A stretch of 64,000 nucleotides of DNA from Phormidesmis sp. Lineage in GTDB: Bacteria > Cyanobacteriota > Cyanobacteriia > Leptolyngbyales > Leptolyngbyaceae. Position numbers and translations under genes: made by a program. The notes under the pieces were generated by a model, which made no database searches, was not told the DNA's origin, and was given only the letters and a program-made list of their open reading frames with translations. Every line of letters begins with the position of its first letter. Position 1 is the stretch's first letter. Shown here piece after piece: positions 1 through 9,176 of the stretch. The stretch lies in contig CBDFJR010000002.1 of assembly GCA_965248535.1 (NCBI GenBank), positions 160,001 to 224,000 of the forward strand, in the 5' to 3' direction.

Positions 1-466
1 TAGTTGCGTTGATGGCATCTTTGCAGTACTTCTGCTTGACTTCATCTAAGTTTCCACCATTTATAAATACTGGATACCAAGTACTGTTGGAATCTGTAGA
101 CTTATCCCCACAAGAGTCTTGGGGAAACTGAGGTTCACTGAGTTGAGAGTCATTACTCTGTTCAGGCTTTCTATTGATCGGGCTTTGGGTAGGTAACGCA
201 ATAGCTGACGATTCCTCAGATTTCGGACTGAAAGTCCCAACTACTTTAATTCCAACCTCCCTAGCTCCATAAAGAAAGAGAAAAAGAGGTATTAATGCAA
301 AAGCAACCTTTCCCCAGTGTCCGTTTCGAGAATTATTGTAGATGTACTGAATATAGTCTCGTCCGACTTGAATTAAATCTCTACCAGCTTGACCTATTTG
401 TCCTGAATTTTCAGCGTTGTTAAGCTCGATATCCTGATCTACATCATGAGGCTTTTTCTGGCTCAT
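1..466 (-). CDS. Integron cassette gene, 3' end beyond window start: N-terminal SGQIGQAGRDL motif, one TM helix, Cys-containing extracytoplasmic domain
   Basis: Manual translation from ATG at 466 is open to position 1: MSQKKPHDVDQDIELNNAENSGQIGQAGRDLIQVGRDYIQ...KVAFALIPLFLFLYG...FPQDSCGDK...WYPVFINGGNLDEVKQKYCKDA. Absent from the ORF track because its stop lies outside the window. Confidence 0.8.
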   Translation of the reverse strand, partial: MSQKKPHDVDQDIELNNAENSGQIGQAGRDLIQVGRDYIQYIYNNSRNGHWGKVAFALIPLFLFLYGAREVGIKVVGTFSPKSEESSAIALPTQSPINRKPEQSNDSQLSEPQFPQDSCGDKSTDSNSTWYPVFINGGNLDEVKQKYCKDAINAT

Positions 467-489
467 AATTTTGCTCTATGGTTGATGAA

Positions 490-909
490 TCAAAGTCCAA
501 AGAAACTTTTTGCCACACCGAACCAAGGTAGAAGACCTTCAATAATTGGCTTTACCTTTCCAAATAAGCCTTGACCCGCACTAACTGTCTCATCTGCATT
601 CTTCAAAACTTCAGTAGCCCTCTGCAAGCTAGTTGCTGCAAAATTCTTTTGAGGCTCTTTACTTTCTGCTTCTTCTTTCGCTGTCTCGATATGCCGAATT
701 GCTTTGCTTTTCTCTGAATCGGACAAGTTTGAACTCCAAATTAATTCCTCAATTTGTGCCAAACCTGCCACTACGTCGGTAGGAGTCAATATTCCCTCAG
801 TTTTGATCTGGTTCTGGGTCAAATCTCGTCCTGCTTGACCGATTTGTCCTGATACTTGACTACCGCTAATGGAGATGGATTGAGACTGGTAGGGCTTTTC
901 TCCTGACAT
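490..909 (-). CDS. Integron cassette gene, 139 aa: N-terminal SGQIGQAGRDL motif plus helical domain with amphipathic C-terminus
   Basis: ORF with AAGGAG RBS just upstream; lies downstream of attC in cassette orientation. Confidence 0.85.
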   Translation of the reverse strand: MSGEKPYQSQSISISGSQVSGQIGQAGRDLTQNQIKTEGILTPTDVVAGLAQIEELIWSSNLSDSEKSKAIRHIETAKEEAESKEPQKNFAATSLQRATEVLKNADETVSAGQGLFGKVKPIIEGLLPWFGVAKSFFGL

Positions 910-977
910 AGAACTCCTTATTTTACAACCGAGTAATATGGTCTGCTTCAGTATGCGTAACTTACTTCAGCTCTGAC

Positions 978-995
978 AGTACCCTTGAGGGTACT
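978..995. promoter_or_regulatory. Palindrome with perfect 8-bp arms (AGTACCCT-TG-AGGGTACT) in the 5' region of cassette 2; possible operator
   Basis: Seen directly; function inferred only from position about 70 bp upstream of the 909 start codon. Confidence 0.35.
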
Positions 996-1067
996 TTTCT
1001 CTGAAATAACTTGACTCTGGACAACAACAGATAACCTTCCAATTGCGTCCTTACCAAGAACTAAGCG

Positions 1068-1181
1068 GCATAACGATTGAGTTGAACCGCACCAAATCAA
1101 TCAAGCAACACCAACTTTAGTTGGTAGTGCGGTTAACCTTACGACTATTTGTAGCGTGTCGGTTCCAACGAAATGTTCTAC
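1068..1181 (-). mobile_element. attC: attC site (114 bp)
   Basis: Minus strand: R'' GTAGAAC, 5-nt spacer, 8-bp L'' GTTGGAAC, CGACAC...GTGCG, 7-bp L' GTTCAAC, 6-nt spacer, R' GTTATGC. Two extrahelical bases lie in the L'' arm as in canonical attC. Confidence 0.85.
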
Positions 1182-1239
1182 GGAACTGGGTGGATGTAGT
1201 GTTCCCAATGGGTAACATTTATATCCAGTTCTCGTGGAA
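1074..1239 (-). mobile_element. First integron cassette, 166 bp, no convincing gene
   Basis: Bounded by attI crossover G|TTCCAC (1240/1239) and attC R' G|TTATGC (1074/1073). The cassette start GTTCCACG matches the complement of R'' (GTTCTACG) at 7/8. Confidence 0.7.
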
Positions 1240-1260
1240 CTATTATGTGGACTGAAAGTT
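1234..1260 (-). mobile_element. attI: Putative attI core site
   Basis: Minus strand CAGTCCACATAATAG|TTCCAC, upstream of and divergent from intI; GTT triplet consistent with the cassette R'' complement. Confidence 0.6.
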
Positions 1261-1431
1261 TCTGCCTAAGATCCCAATTTTAACGACTTAGCCTGAGTCT
1301 TTCCGCCCAAGTCCGAATCAAGCGACTTAGCCCGATATGATTTCCGCATAGTACCCCTCGACAGGGATCTTGGGCGGAAATCTTCAGTATTTCTTCCAAG
1401 AGAGAACCTGTTACCGTCCGCCTAAGATCCC
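1259..1431. repeat. Dispersed TTTCYGCCYAAGATCCC motif: direct copies near 1259, 1300, 1341 (degenerate) and 1416; inverted copy at 1364-1380
   Basis: Seen directly between attI and the intI start. Confidence 0.7.
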
Positions 1432-1465
1432 GAATGACAGAATTACAGCCTTGGAACTCGCCGGG

Positions 1466-2431
1466 ATGGAACCACGACCCAGAAAGCTGCTCGAACAAGT
1501 CTCTGACCTGTTGCGAGTGAAGCACTATTCATACCGCACCGAGCAGACCTACGTTCAATGGATTCGGCGCTACATCCTGTTTCACAACAAGACCCATCCC
1601 AAAGACATGGGAAGTCCAGAGATTGAAGCCTTTCTAACGCATCTTGCAGTGCAAGAACAAGTGGCGGCATCGACGCAAAACCAAGCCCTCAGCGCCATTT
1701 TGTTCCTCTACCGCGAGGTGCTACGGCAAGAACTAGATGCTTCGATCGATGCTGTTCGAGCCAAGCAACCCCGCTATTTGCCCACGGTCTTGACAAAAGA
1801 TGAAGTCAGAGCCGTCATTGGCAACCTCAGTAGGGTGTATCAACTCGTCGTGCAGGTTCTTTATGGCAGCGGGGTGCGGTTAAACGAAGGATTGAACATC
1901 CGGGTCAAAGACCTCGATTTTGCTCAACAGCAAATCATCGTTCGCACGCCAAAAGGGGTTGAGAGTCGAGTCACGATGCTGCCCACCAGTCTAAACGAAC
2001 CGCTACATGAGCATCTGCAACGGGTACGCCGATTGCACCAGCAAGATTTAGCCCAAGGCTATGGAGCCGTGCATCTGCCGTATGCACTGGCTCGAAAGTA
2101 TCCGAATGCGGAGCGATCGTGGGTATGGCAGTTTGTGTTTCCGTCAGACCGTCGCTGTCGTGACCCTAGAACGGAGCAAATCAATCGCTTTCATCTGCAT
2201 GAAAGCGGAGTGCAGAAAGCCTTGAAGCAAGCCGTGTTTTCCGCAAGGATTCAAAAGCGAGTCGGCTGTCATACCTTTCGCCATAGCTTTGCGACGCATC
2301 TGCTGGAAGCAGGCTATGACATTCGGACGGTTCAAGAACTGCTGGGGCACAAAGATGTGAAAACGACGATGATTTATACTCACGTTCTCAATCGAGGTGG
2401 AAAAGGCGTGCGAAGTCCGCTTGATCCATAG
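1466..2431 (+). CDS. intI: Integron integrase (tyrosine recombinase)
   Basis: Catalytic motifs YGSGVR, HTFRH and GH...TMIYTH, plus the IntI-specific insertion [28 protein letters not shown]. Likely start ATG 1466 ([12 protein letters not shown]). Confidence 0.95.
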   Translation: MEPRPRKLLEQVSDLLRVKHYSYRTEQTYVQWIRRYILFHNKTHPKDMGSPEIEAFLTHLAVQEQVAASTQNQALSAILFLYREVLRQELDASIDAVRAKQPRYLPTVLTKDEVRAVIGNLSRVYQLVVQVLYGSGVRLNEGLNIRVKDLDFAQQQIIVRTPKGVESRVTMLPTSLNEPLHEHLQRVRRLHQQDLAQGYGAVHLPYALARKYPNAERSWVWQFVFPSDRRCRDPRTEQINRFHLHESGVQKALKQAVFSARIQKRVGCHTFRHSFATHLLEAGYDIRTVQELLGHKDVKTTMIYTHVLNRGGKGVRSPLDP

Positions 2432-2520
2432 CGATCGGGCGTCCACTTCTCTCAAAAATGGTCGTTAAATACAAAAAGAGCGGACATTACATTCGCTCTT
2501 ATGAATTTTTGTAGAGGAGT

Positions 2521-3045
2521 TTAATTAGAAACTTCTGCAAGCTCTACAACGTGGCCTGAGAAGTCTTTAACTAAAAAATTAAGGGGTTTTTCACGCCGAA
2601 TCTTATGCTTTAGATTAGAGGCTTGGACGCGCAGCAAGATCTGATCGAGACAATCCCGATCGAAGCACACATGGCGCTGACGATCTTTCTCACCCAAACT
2701 CGCCCCCGAAATGACGTGAAGCTGCGTATTTTTTTTAAGCTGATACCACAGACCATCGTTGCCATTGCCCCGCGCTGTGGTGCTGCCCACATTGCCCGAC
2801 AAATACATGGGGCTAATGCCTGCGGTGCCTAGCGACTGCTCATAGTTATAGTAATAGTGCAGCGGCACATCTGCCACAGGCAGACTGAGCATCCCTTCAT
2901 AAAAGTCTCGTGCCAACTCCACATCTGACACCATCACCGTATGCACCTTGGGCGCACTGGTCAAAAACATCCACATGGCAACCGCATAGGCACCCAGCAG
3001 CATGACCATGATTCCCTGGGTGGAGAATAAGCTATCTAATCCCAT
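2521..3045 (-). CDS. VOC/glyoxalase-like protein with N-terminal TM helix
   Basis: VHTVMVSDVELARDFY...RHVCF...VKDFSGHVVELAE VOC pattern. Confidence 0.75.
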   Translation of the reverse strand: MGLDSLFSTQGIMVMLLGAYAVAMWMFLTSAPKVHTVMVSDVELARDFYEGMLSLPVADVPLHYYYNYEQSLGTAGISPMYLSGNVGSTTARGNGNDGLWYQLKKNTQLHVISGASLGEKDRQRHVCFDRDCLDQILLRVQASNLKHKIRREKPLNFLVKDFSGHVVELAEVSN

Positions 3046-3280
3046 AGAAAACCAAAACGAGTGAACGATCGTAGCGAGTCGAGAAATCTAGTAACTAGTA
3101 TCCCTGAGCTTACTCATTCTATCAAGCTCAGTTTGAGCAAATCCGTAACGAACTTAGTAAAAATTTAGAAATTCGAGCCATAATCACCCCACGGCGCTAG
3201 ATTTTGAAAAAAAAGATGTCCAAATCGAGAAAGACGCTGTATATAGTTACAGTGCACGTCCTCTAGTTTGAACCCAAGCT

Positions 3281-3946
3281 GTGGCTATCCCAACGTTTCC
3301 TGAAGCCCATCACCCGATCGTCAAGTCGCTCTCTCACTATAGCGATCAAGAGTTGCTGACGCTATTTCAACGCTACGCTGAGGCGGGGCAATATTTCACG
3401 GCGATTTTTTGCCGCTATAGCCCGATGGTCTATACGTTGATTCAGCATCGCGCCCGATCGCCCGTGCAAGCCGATTATCTGTTTGCGCTGCTGTGGCGAC
3501 ACATTTTTTATGAAATGGGCGGGCTAGATCTGCGGGCGTTTGGGTCAGAAGAAATCACGTTTCAGAGTTGGCTGATCAACGTCACAGCCTTGACCATCAA
3601 TCAGTCTGAGTTGCCCCCCGTCGAAGAAATTCACTACAACCTGCGGGCCATGTCGCCGCCCCTGTGGTGCTATCTCGATCGGGCGTTAGATCAGCTTCCG
3701 CCCACAATGCGGCTGATGGTGACATTAGCCCAAACCTTTCACTGGAGCGATACGCGCATCTCTGCCTACCTGCAAGCTGAGGGCGAACGCATTCCCCCGG
3801 CTGAGGTCAAAGCGCGACTGCAAGAGGGCTATCACCTGCTAGAAACGACTTTGCCAGACGACATTAGAGCCATCTATCTAGATGGGAACGCTAGTGTTCA
3901 AGGATATGGATTGGATTCAGCGCCACTAGAGGCTAGGCTGGACTAA
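3281..3946 (+). CDS. Sigma-70 family (ECF-like) factor
   Basis: SDQELL...FCRYSPMVY region-2-like, FQSWL, ALDQLP...region-4-like HTH. Confidence 0.65.
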   Translation: MAIPTFPEAHHPIVKSLSHYSDQELLTLFQRYAEAGQYFTAIFCRYSPMVYTLIQHRARSPVQADYLFALLWRHIFYEMGGLDLRAFGSEEITFQSWLINVTALTINQSELPPVEEIHYNLRAMSPPLWCYLDRALDQLPPTMRLMVTLAQTFHWSDTRISAYLQAEGERIPPAEVKARLQEGYHLLETTLPDDIRAIYLDGNASVQGYGLDSAPLEARLD

Positions 3947-3991
3947 TCGTGTTTCCTTGTTCGCTTAATAATGTCGGGTGGAGGTTCTGAA

Positions 3992-5038
3992 ATGCGTTGG
4001 ATGGTGGCACCGCTTGTAGTGGGGTTGGGGGTTGCTCAGGGTTTGATCGGTGGCATGGTGCTGGTTCCGGGGGCGCAGGCATCAGACCTGAGTGATCAGT
4101 TGAGCATCAAACTCTATAACGGCACTCGCGGCACTGCTCGCACTGAAGCCGATCGCCTCGTGCGGTTGGGCAACCAGCAGAATCAAGCTGGGTTTATAGA
4201 CAAAGCGATCGGGTCTTGGCAGCAGGCGCTAGCCATCTATCACGACATTAAAGAAGTCGAAGCGGAGGGCACGACCTATGAGGCGTTAGGTCAGGCCTAC
4301 TCAAAGGTGGGGCGGTTTGCTGAAGCCGAGGATGCGGTGCGACGCAGCTTGGCGATCGCTCGTGACACTAAAGATTTTCAACGTCAAATCTATGGCTTTA
4401 ATAATTTAGGCACGCTGCTGCTGCGACGATCGAGCGTTGTGGAGGCCCAAAAAACTTTTGCCGAAGGTTTAAAGGTGGCCCAAGACGTGCAAAACCCGGC
4501 TGGGCGGGGCTTATCTCTGAGCAACTTGGGTTTGGTTGCCTATTCGCAGGGCAATTATAAAGAAGCCATTCGCTATTATGAACAGGCAAAACCCTTGCGC
4601 GAACAGGCTAAAGACCCCGGCGTTGCTAACACGCTGAATAATTTGGGCGATGCCTATCGAGCCATTCGCGATTATCGAACGTCTTTGGTCAGCTATCGGC
4701 AGGCGCTGTTTGTGGCTCAAAATAGTCTCGATCGTCCCAATCAATTTCGGGCTTTAGAAGGGCTGACGCGGGCGTTTTATGGGCTGGGTCAAAACTCCAA
4801 CGCTTCAGAAACGCTCGATCAACGATTGGCGCTGGCTCTAGAGCAAAACGATTCTAAACAGGTGATTGCAGCGCTGAAGGGGTTGGCGCAATTCTATACT
4901 GCGAAGGGCGATTGGGTGGCGGCAGATAGCTATTATCAGCAGGCGCTGGCGGTAGCTCAAGGTTTGAATGACACTCAAGAACAGCAGGGATTGTTGACGC
5001 AAATCGGGACGCTGCGATCGCGCAAGTTTACCCAATAG
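3992..5038 (+). CDS. TPR protein with N-terminal signal/TM segment
   Basis: Multiple NLG...Y..A...Y.QAL TPR units; GGAGG RBS before ATG 3992. Confidence 0.85.
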   Translation: MRWMVAPLVVGLGVAQGLIGGMVLVPGAQASDLSDQLSIKLYNGTRGTARTEADRLVRLGNQQNQAGFIDKAIGSWQQALAIYHDIKEVEAEGTTYEALGQAYSKVGRFAEAEDAVRRSLAIARDTKDFQRQIYGFNNLGTLLLRRSSVVEAQKTFAEGLKVAQDVQNPAGRGLSLSNLGLVAYSQGNYKEAIRYYEQAKPLREQAKDPGVANTLNNLGDAYRAIRDYRTSLVSYRQALFVAQNSLDRPNQFRALEGLTRAFYGLGQNSNASETLDQRLALALEQNDSKQVIAALKGLAQFYTAKGDWVAADSYYQQALAVAQGLNDTQEQQGLLTQIGTLRSRKFTQ

Positions 5039-5152
5039 AGCAAGGGTCGCCCAGTCTTCTCACAAATGCATCTGTGGGTTGAAGAGCAGCAGTAGACTTA
5101 GGGTATAGTGAAACCCATTCGCTGCATTGACTGACCCTGTATTTTAACTGCT

Positions 5153-6487
5153 ATGAGTGATTATCGCGCCAAAACTTTGAAGGAAGCTTTTCGTCTCTGT
5201 GATGTCGATCCTTTGTCGGGAGCGAGCTTAGAGCGCTACTATGTCGATTTAGTCTCGGTTCGGAAGGCAGAAGCGATTAATGAGGTCAACACATTATTAG
5301 ACTTTCAGGAGCCAGGAGACTTTTGCACGATTTTGTTCACGGGTCATCGCGGGTGCGGCAAAAGCACAGAACTTCAGCGCATTCGTCGCCAGTGGGAACA
5401 AGACTATCGGGTGATTTATTTAGAAGCCAATGAAGAAACCGATATTAACGATGCTGAATATACAGACTTTTATCTAATCGTCATTAAGAGAGTTGAGTCT
5501 GAGCTACGGGAAATGGGACTCAGCTTTGATCCAGGGCTGCTGAAGAGTTTTGAAAAGTGGTTTATGGAAATCACTAACGAAAATGAAGAATCGATTGAAA
5601 GCTCGGTCAGCATAGCGGCTGAGGCGAGTGTAGGAAGCCCGACTCCGTTTATTGCCAAGCTGTTGGTTAAGCTTTTGGCGCAGATTAAGGGAGCCGCGAA
5701 GCAGAAAACCGTGATTAGGCAGACTTTGCAAAAAGATATTTCTCGGTTGAAGGCGGATATTAATTTGTTGCTGCGCGATGCCTATCAAAAGATTAAGCAT
5801 CGATATTCAAAAGGTTTTTTGGTTATTTTTGATAATCTCGATCGCGTGCCGCCAACGGTTGGAAATCACCTATTTTTTGATTATGCGTCTCAGCTTCAAG
5901 AGTTAGATTGCACGACTATTTACACGGTTCCTATTTCTGTGTTGTGTTCTTCTAAAAATATCTCTAATAGCTTTGGTGAGCCGCATGTGGTGTCAATGGT
6001 GGGCATCTATCAACTGGTGCGAGATCGCTGTGAGCTTGACTATAACCCTGAAGGGCTGAAGGGCTTGATGCAGATTATTGAGAGGCGGGTTAATGTGGCT
6101 CACTTGTTTGAGTCGTCAGATCAAGTTTTAGCGCTGGCGCAGGCAAGTGGGGGTCATGTGCGGCAGTTGATGCAGATGGTGCGGAGTGCGTGTCTGAGGG
6201 CTAGCACTCACAAACACGTCAAGATTCAGGCGGAGGACGTGCTGCATGCGGTCAAGCAGCAGCAGTTTAATTTTGAGCGATTTATCCCTGATGATCACTA
6301 TTCGCTGTTGGCAAAGGTTTGTTTGAGCAAAAATATTACGAAAGATGAGACGGGACAGTTGATGTTGTTTAACACGTCAGTGTTGGAATATAACGGACTC
6401 GATCGCTGGAATTATCCCAACCCGGCTGTGCGGCAAAGTGCTTTGTTTCAAACCGCCCTTGATGATCTTCTGGCTCAAAATGCTTGA
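5153..6487 (+). CDS. P-loop NTPase (STAND/AAA-like)
   Basis: Walker A GHRGCGKS, Walker B LVIFDNLD, SGGHVR motif. Confidence 0.85.
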   Translation: MSDYRAKTLKEAFRLCDVDPLSGASLERYYVDLVSVRKAEAINEVNTLLDFQEPGDFCTILFTGHRGCGKSTELQRIRRQWEQDYRVIYLEANEETDINDAEYTDFYLIVIKRVESELREMGLSFDPGLLKSFEKWFMEITNENEESIESSVSIAAEASVGSPTPFIAKLLVKLLAQIKGAAKQKTVIRQTLQKDISRLKADINLLLRDAYQKIKHRYSKGFLVIFDNLDRVPPTVGNHLFFDYASQLQELDCTTIYTVPISVLCSSKNISNSFGEPHVVSMVGIYQLVRDRCELDYNPEGLKGLMQIIERRVNVAHLFESSDQVLALAQASGGHVRQLMQMVRSACLRASTHKHVKIQAEDVLHAVKQQQFNFERFIPDDHYSLLAKVCLSKNITKDETGQLMLFNTSVLEYNGLDRWNYPNPAVRQSALFQTALDDLLAQNA

Positions 6488-8571
6488 TCAAACTCACCCC
6501 GATCGCACTGTGTTTTTAGAGCAAAATCAGTCAGAGTTTGCTGAACTCTTGACGTTTATTGACTTTGCTGAGGGGTTGACGATCGGGTTTGTTGAGATCA
6601 ATCAAGAGTCAGATAAGGCGGCGTTGGTGGCGGCGCTGCGAGATCGTCTGGATGAGGCGGCGGTGCGATTGGAGGTGTTAAATTTTTCTCAAGAGTGGGA
6701 TTTGCGGCTTCGAGATGCTTTGGTGCAGCGCATTGCGAGAATTCACACCGATAAGAAGCTGGTGTTGCTGATTCAAGGGTTAGAGGTGGCGATCGGGACT
6801 GATGGCGTGGGGTCTTATCCGCCGATTTTGCAGGATTTGAATTTTGTGCGCGATGCCTATCGCGAGAGTGCGCCACACCCACTGCTGTTTGTGCTGCCAG
6901 ATTATGCGATTACGAGAGTCAGCAAATATGCGCCTGATTTTTGGGCTTGGAAGTCGGGGCTATTTAGGTTTAAGACTTCTGAGCAAAGCCTAAAACAGTT
7001 GCGGGTCGAGGCTTTTGAGTCGCCTGCGGTGCGGGTTGCGTCGAGGGAAAATCAGGCTCAGATTGACCAGCTTAAGCAGCTTTTGATGGAGCTTCGTCCT
7101 TCGGGGCGATCGATCGCTCCCGCCGAGGTGCGGCTGTGTGGTGAGGTGTATTACAACATTGGGTCGGCTTATCTGACTCAACAGCAGCCAGACAAAGCAA
7201 AAGATTATTTGCTAGAAGGGTTAAAGGTGATCGAGCGGCACCCTGACCCAGGGTTGAGGCTCAGTCTACAGCGCAGGTTAGGCAATGCTTATGAGCAGAT
7301 GCGGCAGTTTGAGCAGGCGATTAATAGTTATGAGACTGCCCTTGAGATGGCTCAATCGTTGAATCAACCTGAAAGAGTTGCCACTGTGTTGATGGATTTG
7401 GGCGATGTGGCATAGCTATTAAGGAAGCAGCGACAGTTTGAGCAAGCTAAAGCGTTTTATCAACGATCGCTACCAAAGTTTAGCTATTAAGGAAGACCTC
7501 AACGATCGCTACTCACAAGCCAGCACCTACCACCAATTAGGCAATGTAGCGCTGGAGTTGCGCGAGTTTGAGCAGGCCCGAAATGACTACCAACAAGCCT
7601 TGCAAATCTACATCGAGTTCAACGATCGCTACTACTACCACATTGAGCAGGCCCGAAAGAGCACCTACCACAACTTAGGCATGGTAGCCCAGGAGTTGCG
7701 CGAGTTTGAGCAGGCCCGAAATGACTACCAACAAGCCTTGCAAATCTACATCGAGTTCAACGATCGCTACAATCAAGCCAGCACCTACCACCAATTAGGC
7801 AATGGTAGCCCTGGAGTTGCGCGAGTTTGAGCAGGCCCGAAATGACTACCAACAAGCCTTGCAAATCAAAATCGAGTTCAACGATCGCTACTCACAAGCC
7901 AGCACCTACCACCAATTAGGCATGGTAGCGCAGGAGTTGCGCGAGTTTGAGCAGGCCCGAAATGACTACCAACAAGCCTTGCAAATCAAAATCGAGTTCA
8001 ACGATCGCTACTCACAAGCCAGCACCTACCACCAATTAGGCAGGCAGGAGTTGCGCGAGTTTGAAATGACTACCAACAAGCCTTGCAAATCTACATCGAG
8101 TTCAACGATCGCTACTCAGCAAGCGGGCACCTACCACCAATTAGGCATGGTAGCCCAGGAGTTGCGCGAGTTTGAGCAGGCCCGAAATGACTACCAACAA
8201 GCCTTGCAAATCAAAATCGAGTTCAACAGCACTACGAACAAGCCCTGCAACAAGCCTTGCAAAAAATCGAGTTCAACGATCGCTACTCACAAGCCAGCAC
8301 CTACCACCAATTAGGCAGGGTAGCCCAGGAGTTGCGCGAGTTTGAGCAGGCCCGAAATGACTACCAACAAGCCTTGCAAATCTACATCGAGTTCAACGAT
8401 CGCTACTCACAAGCCAGCACATATGGTCAGCTAGGATTACTCGCAGAGACAGAGGGAAACCAAGCAGAAGCAAAAGCCTGTCTACAGCAGGCACTGGAAA
8501 TCTTTGTTGAGTTTGGCGATGAGTATTATGCAGCGATCGTCCAGCAGCATCTCGATCGACTTTCAAGTTAG
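6480..8571 (+). CDS. Degenerate STAND-like N-terminal domain plus TPR repeat protein; interrupted by a stop and frameshifts in the repeat region
   Basis: ATG at 6480 overlaps the ATPase end; APDFWAW motif with no Walker A; the same 40-aa TPR unit continues across ORF fragments 7438-7830, 7802-8314 and 8257-8571. Confidence 0.75.
7501..8420 (+). repeat. About 7-8 near-identical 120-bp tandem TPR-coding units
   Basis: AACGATCGCTAC recurs at 7501, 7621, 7759, 7880, 8000, 8104, 8275 and 8395. Confidence 0.9.
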
Positions 8572-8735
8572 AAGCTGCGGTCATGTCGAATGCAAAGCGC
8601 GATCGGGCTTCAGCCAACTTCAAACTAAACCAGCGATAGAGCCTGATGGAAGACTGCGATCGCAAATACCATTACGACAATCGGCAGGTTGCCGTAGAAT
8701 TTGACTCAAACCAGATCAACCCTTTGCTAAAAATA

Positions 8736-9176
8736 GTGACCCTAACCTTTACTCAGCGTCTTTTAACGGGCGATCGTCACCCCGTTGACCACACGCTATC
8801 GCTAACCGCAGAAGAACGATCGCGATCGCGCCATCCCTTTCAAACAGATCAGGGTCAGGCAGTTTATCTACATCTTCCGAGAGGCACGACCCTGCGAGAG
8901 GGCGATCTCCTGCAAGCCGACTCTGGCGAACTCGCCCAAGTGTGTGCCAAACCAGAACCCGTGCTGACCGTCACAGCCAAGAGCGCGATCGCGCTGCTGC
9001 AAGCCGCCTATCACCTCGGCAACCGCCACGTCTCACTCGAAATCACCGAGACTTATTTGCGCCTTTCACCCGATGCCGTGCTGCAAGAGTTGCTCCACCA
9101 TCGCGGGCTGACCGTGACCGAAGAAATCGCCCCCTTTCAGCCAGAAATCGGAGCCTATGGACATCATGCCCACTAA
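8736..9176 (+). CDS. ureE: Urease accessory protein UreE
   Basis: [35 protein letters not shown]; probable GTG start at 8736. Confidence 0.92.
   Translation: MTLTFTQRLLTGDRHPVDHTLSLTAEERSRSRHPFQTDQGQAVYLHLPRGTTLREGDLLQADSGELAQVCAKPEPVLTVTAKSAIALLQAAYHLGNRHVSLEITETYLRLSPDAVLQELLHHRGLTVTEEIAPFQPEIGAYGHHAH

Noticed and set aside
978..995. NtcA site
   Set aside because: GTA-N10-TAC spacing rather than GTA-N8-TAC
1400..1416. LexA box in the intI promoter (AGAACCTGTTACC)
   Set aside because: Spacing and bases fit neither the cyanobacterial nor the proteobacterial consensus
1370..1465. Longer N-terminus of IntI as given in the ORF track
   Set aside because: Overlaps the attI-proximal repeat region; IntI-like sequence begins at [12 protein letters not shown] (1466)
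7501..8420. Possible CRISPR array
   Set aside because: Units are contiguous 120-bp protein-coding TPR repeats with no unique spacers, and no cas genes are present
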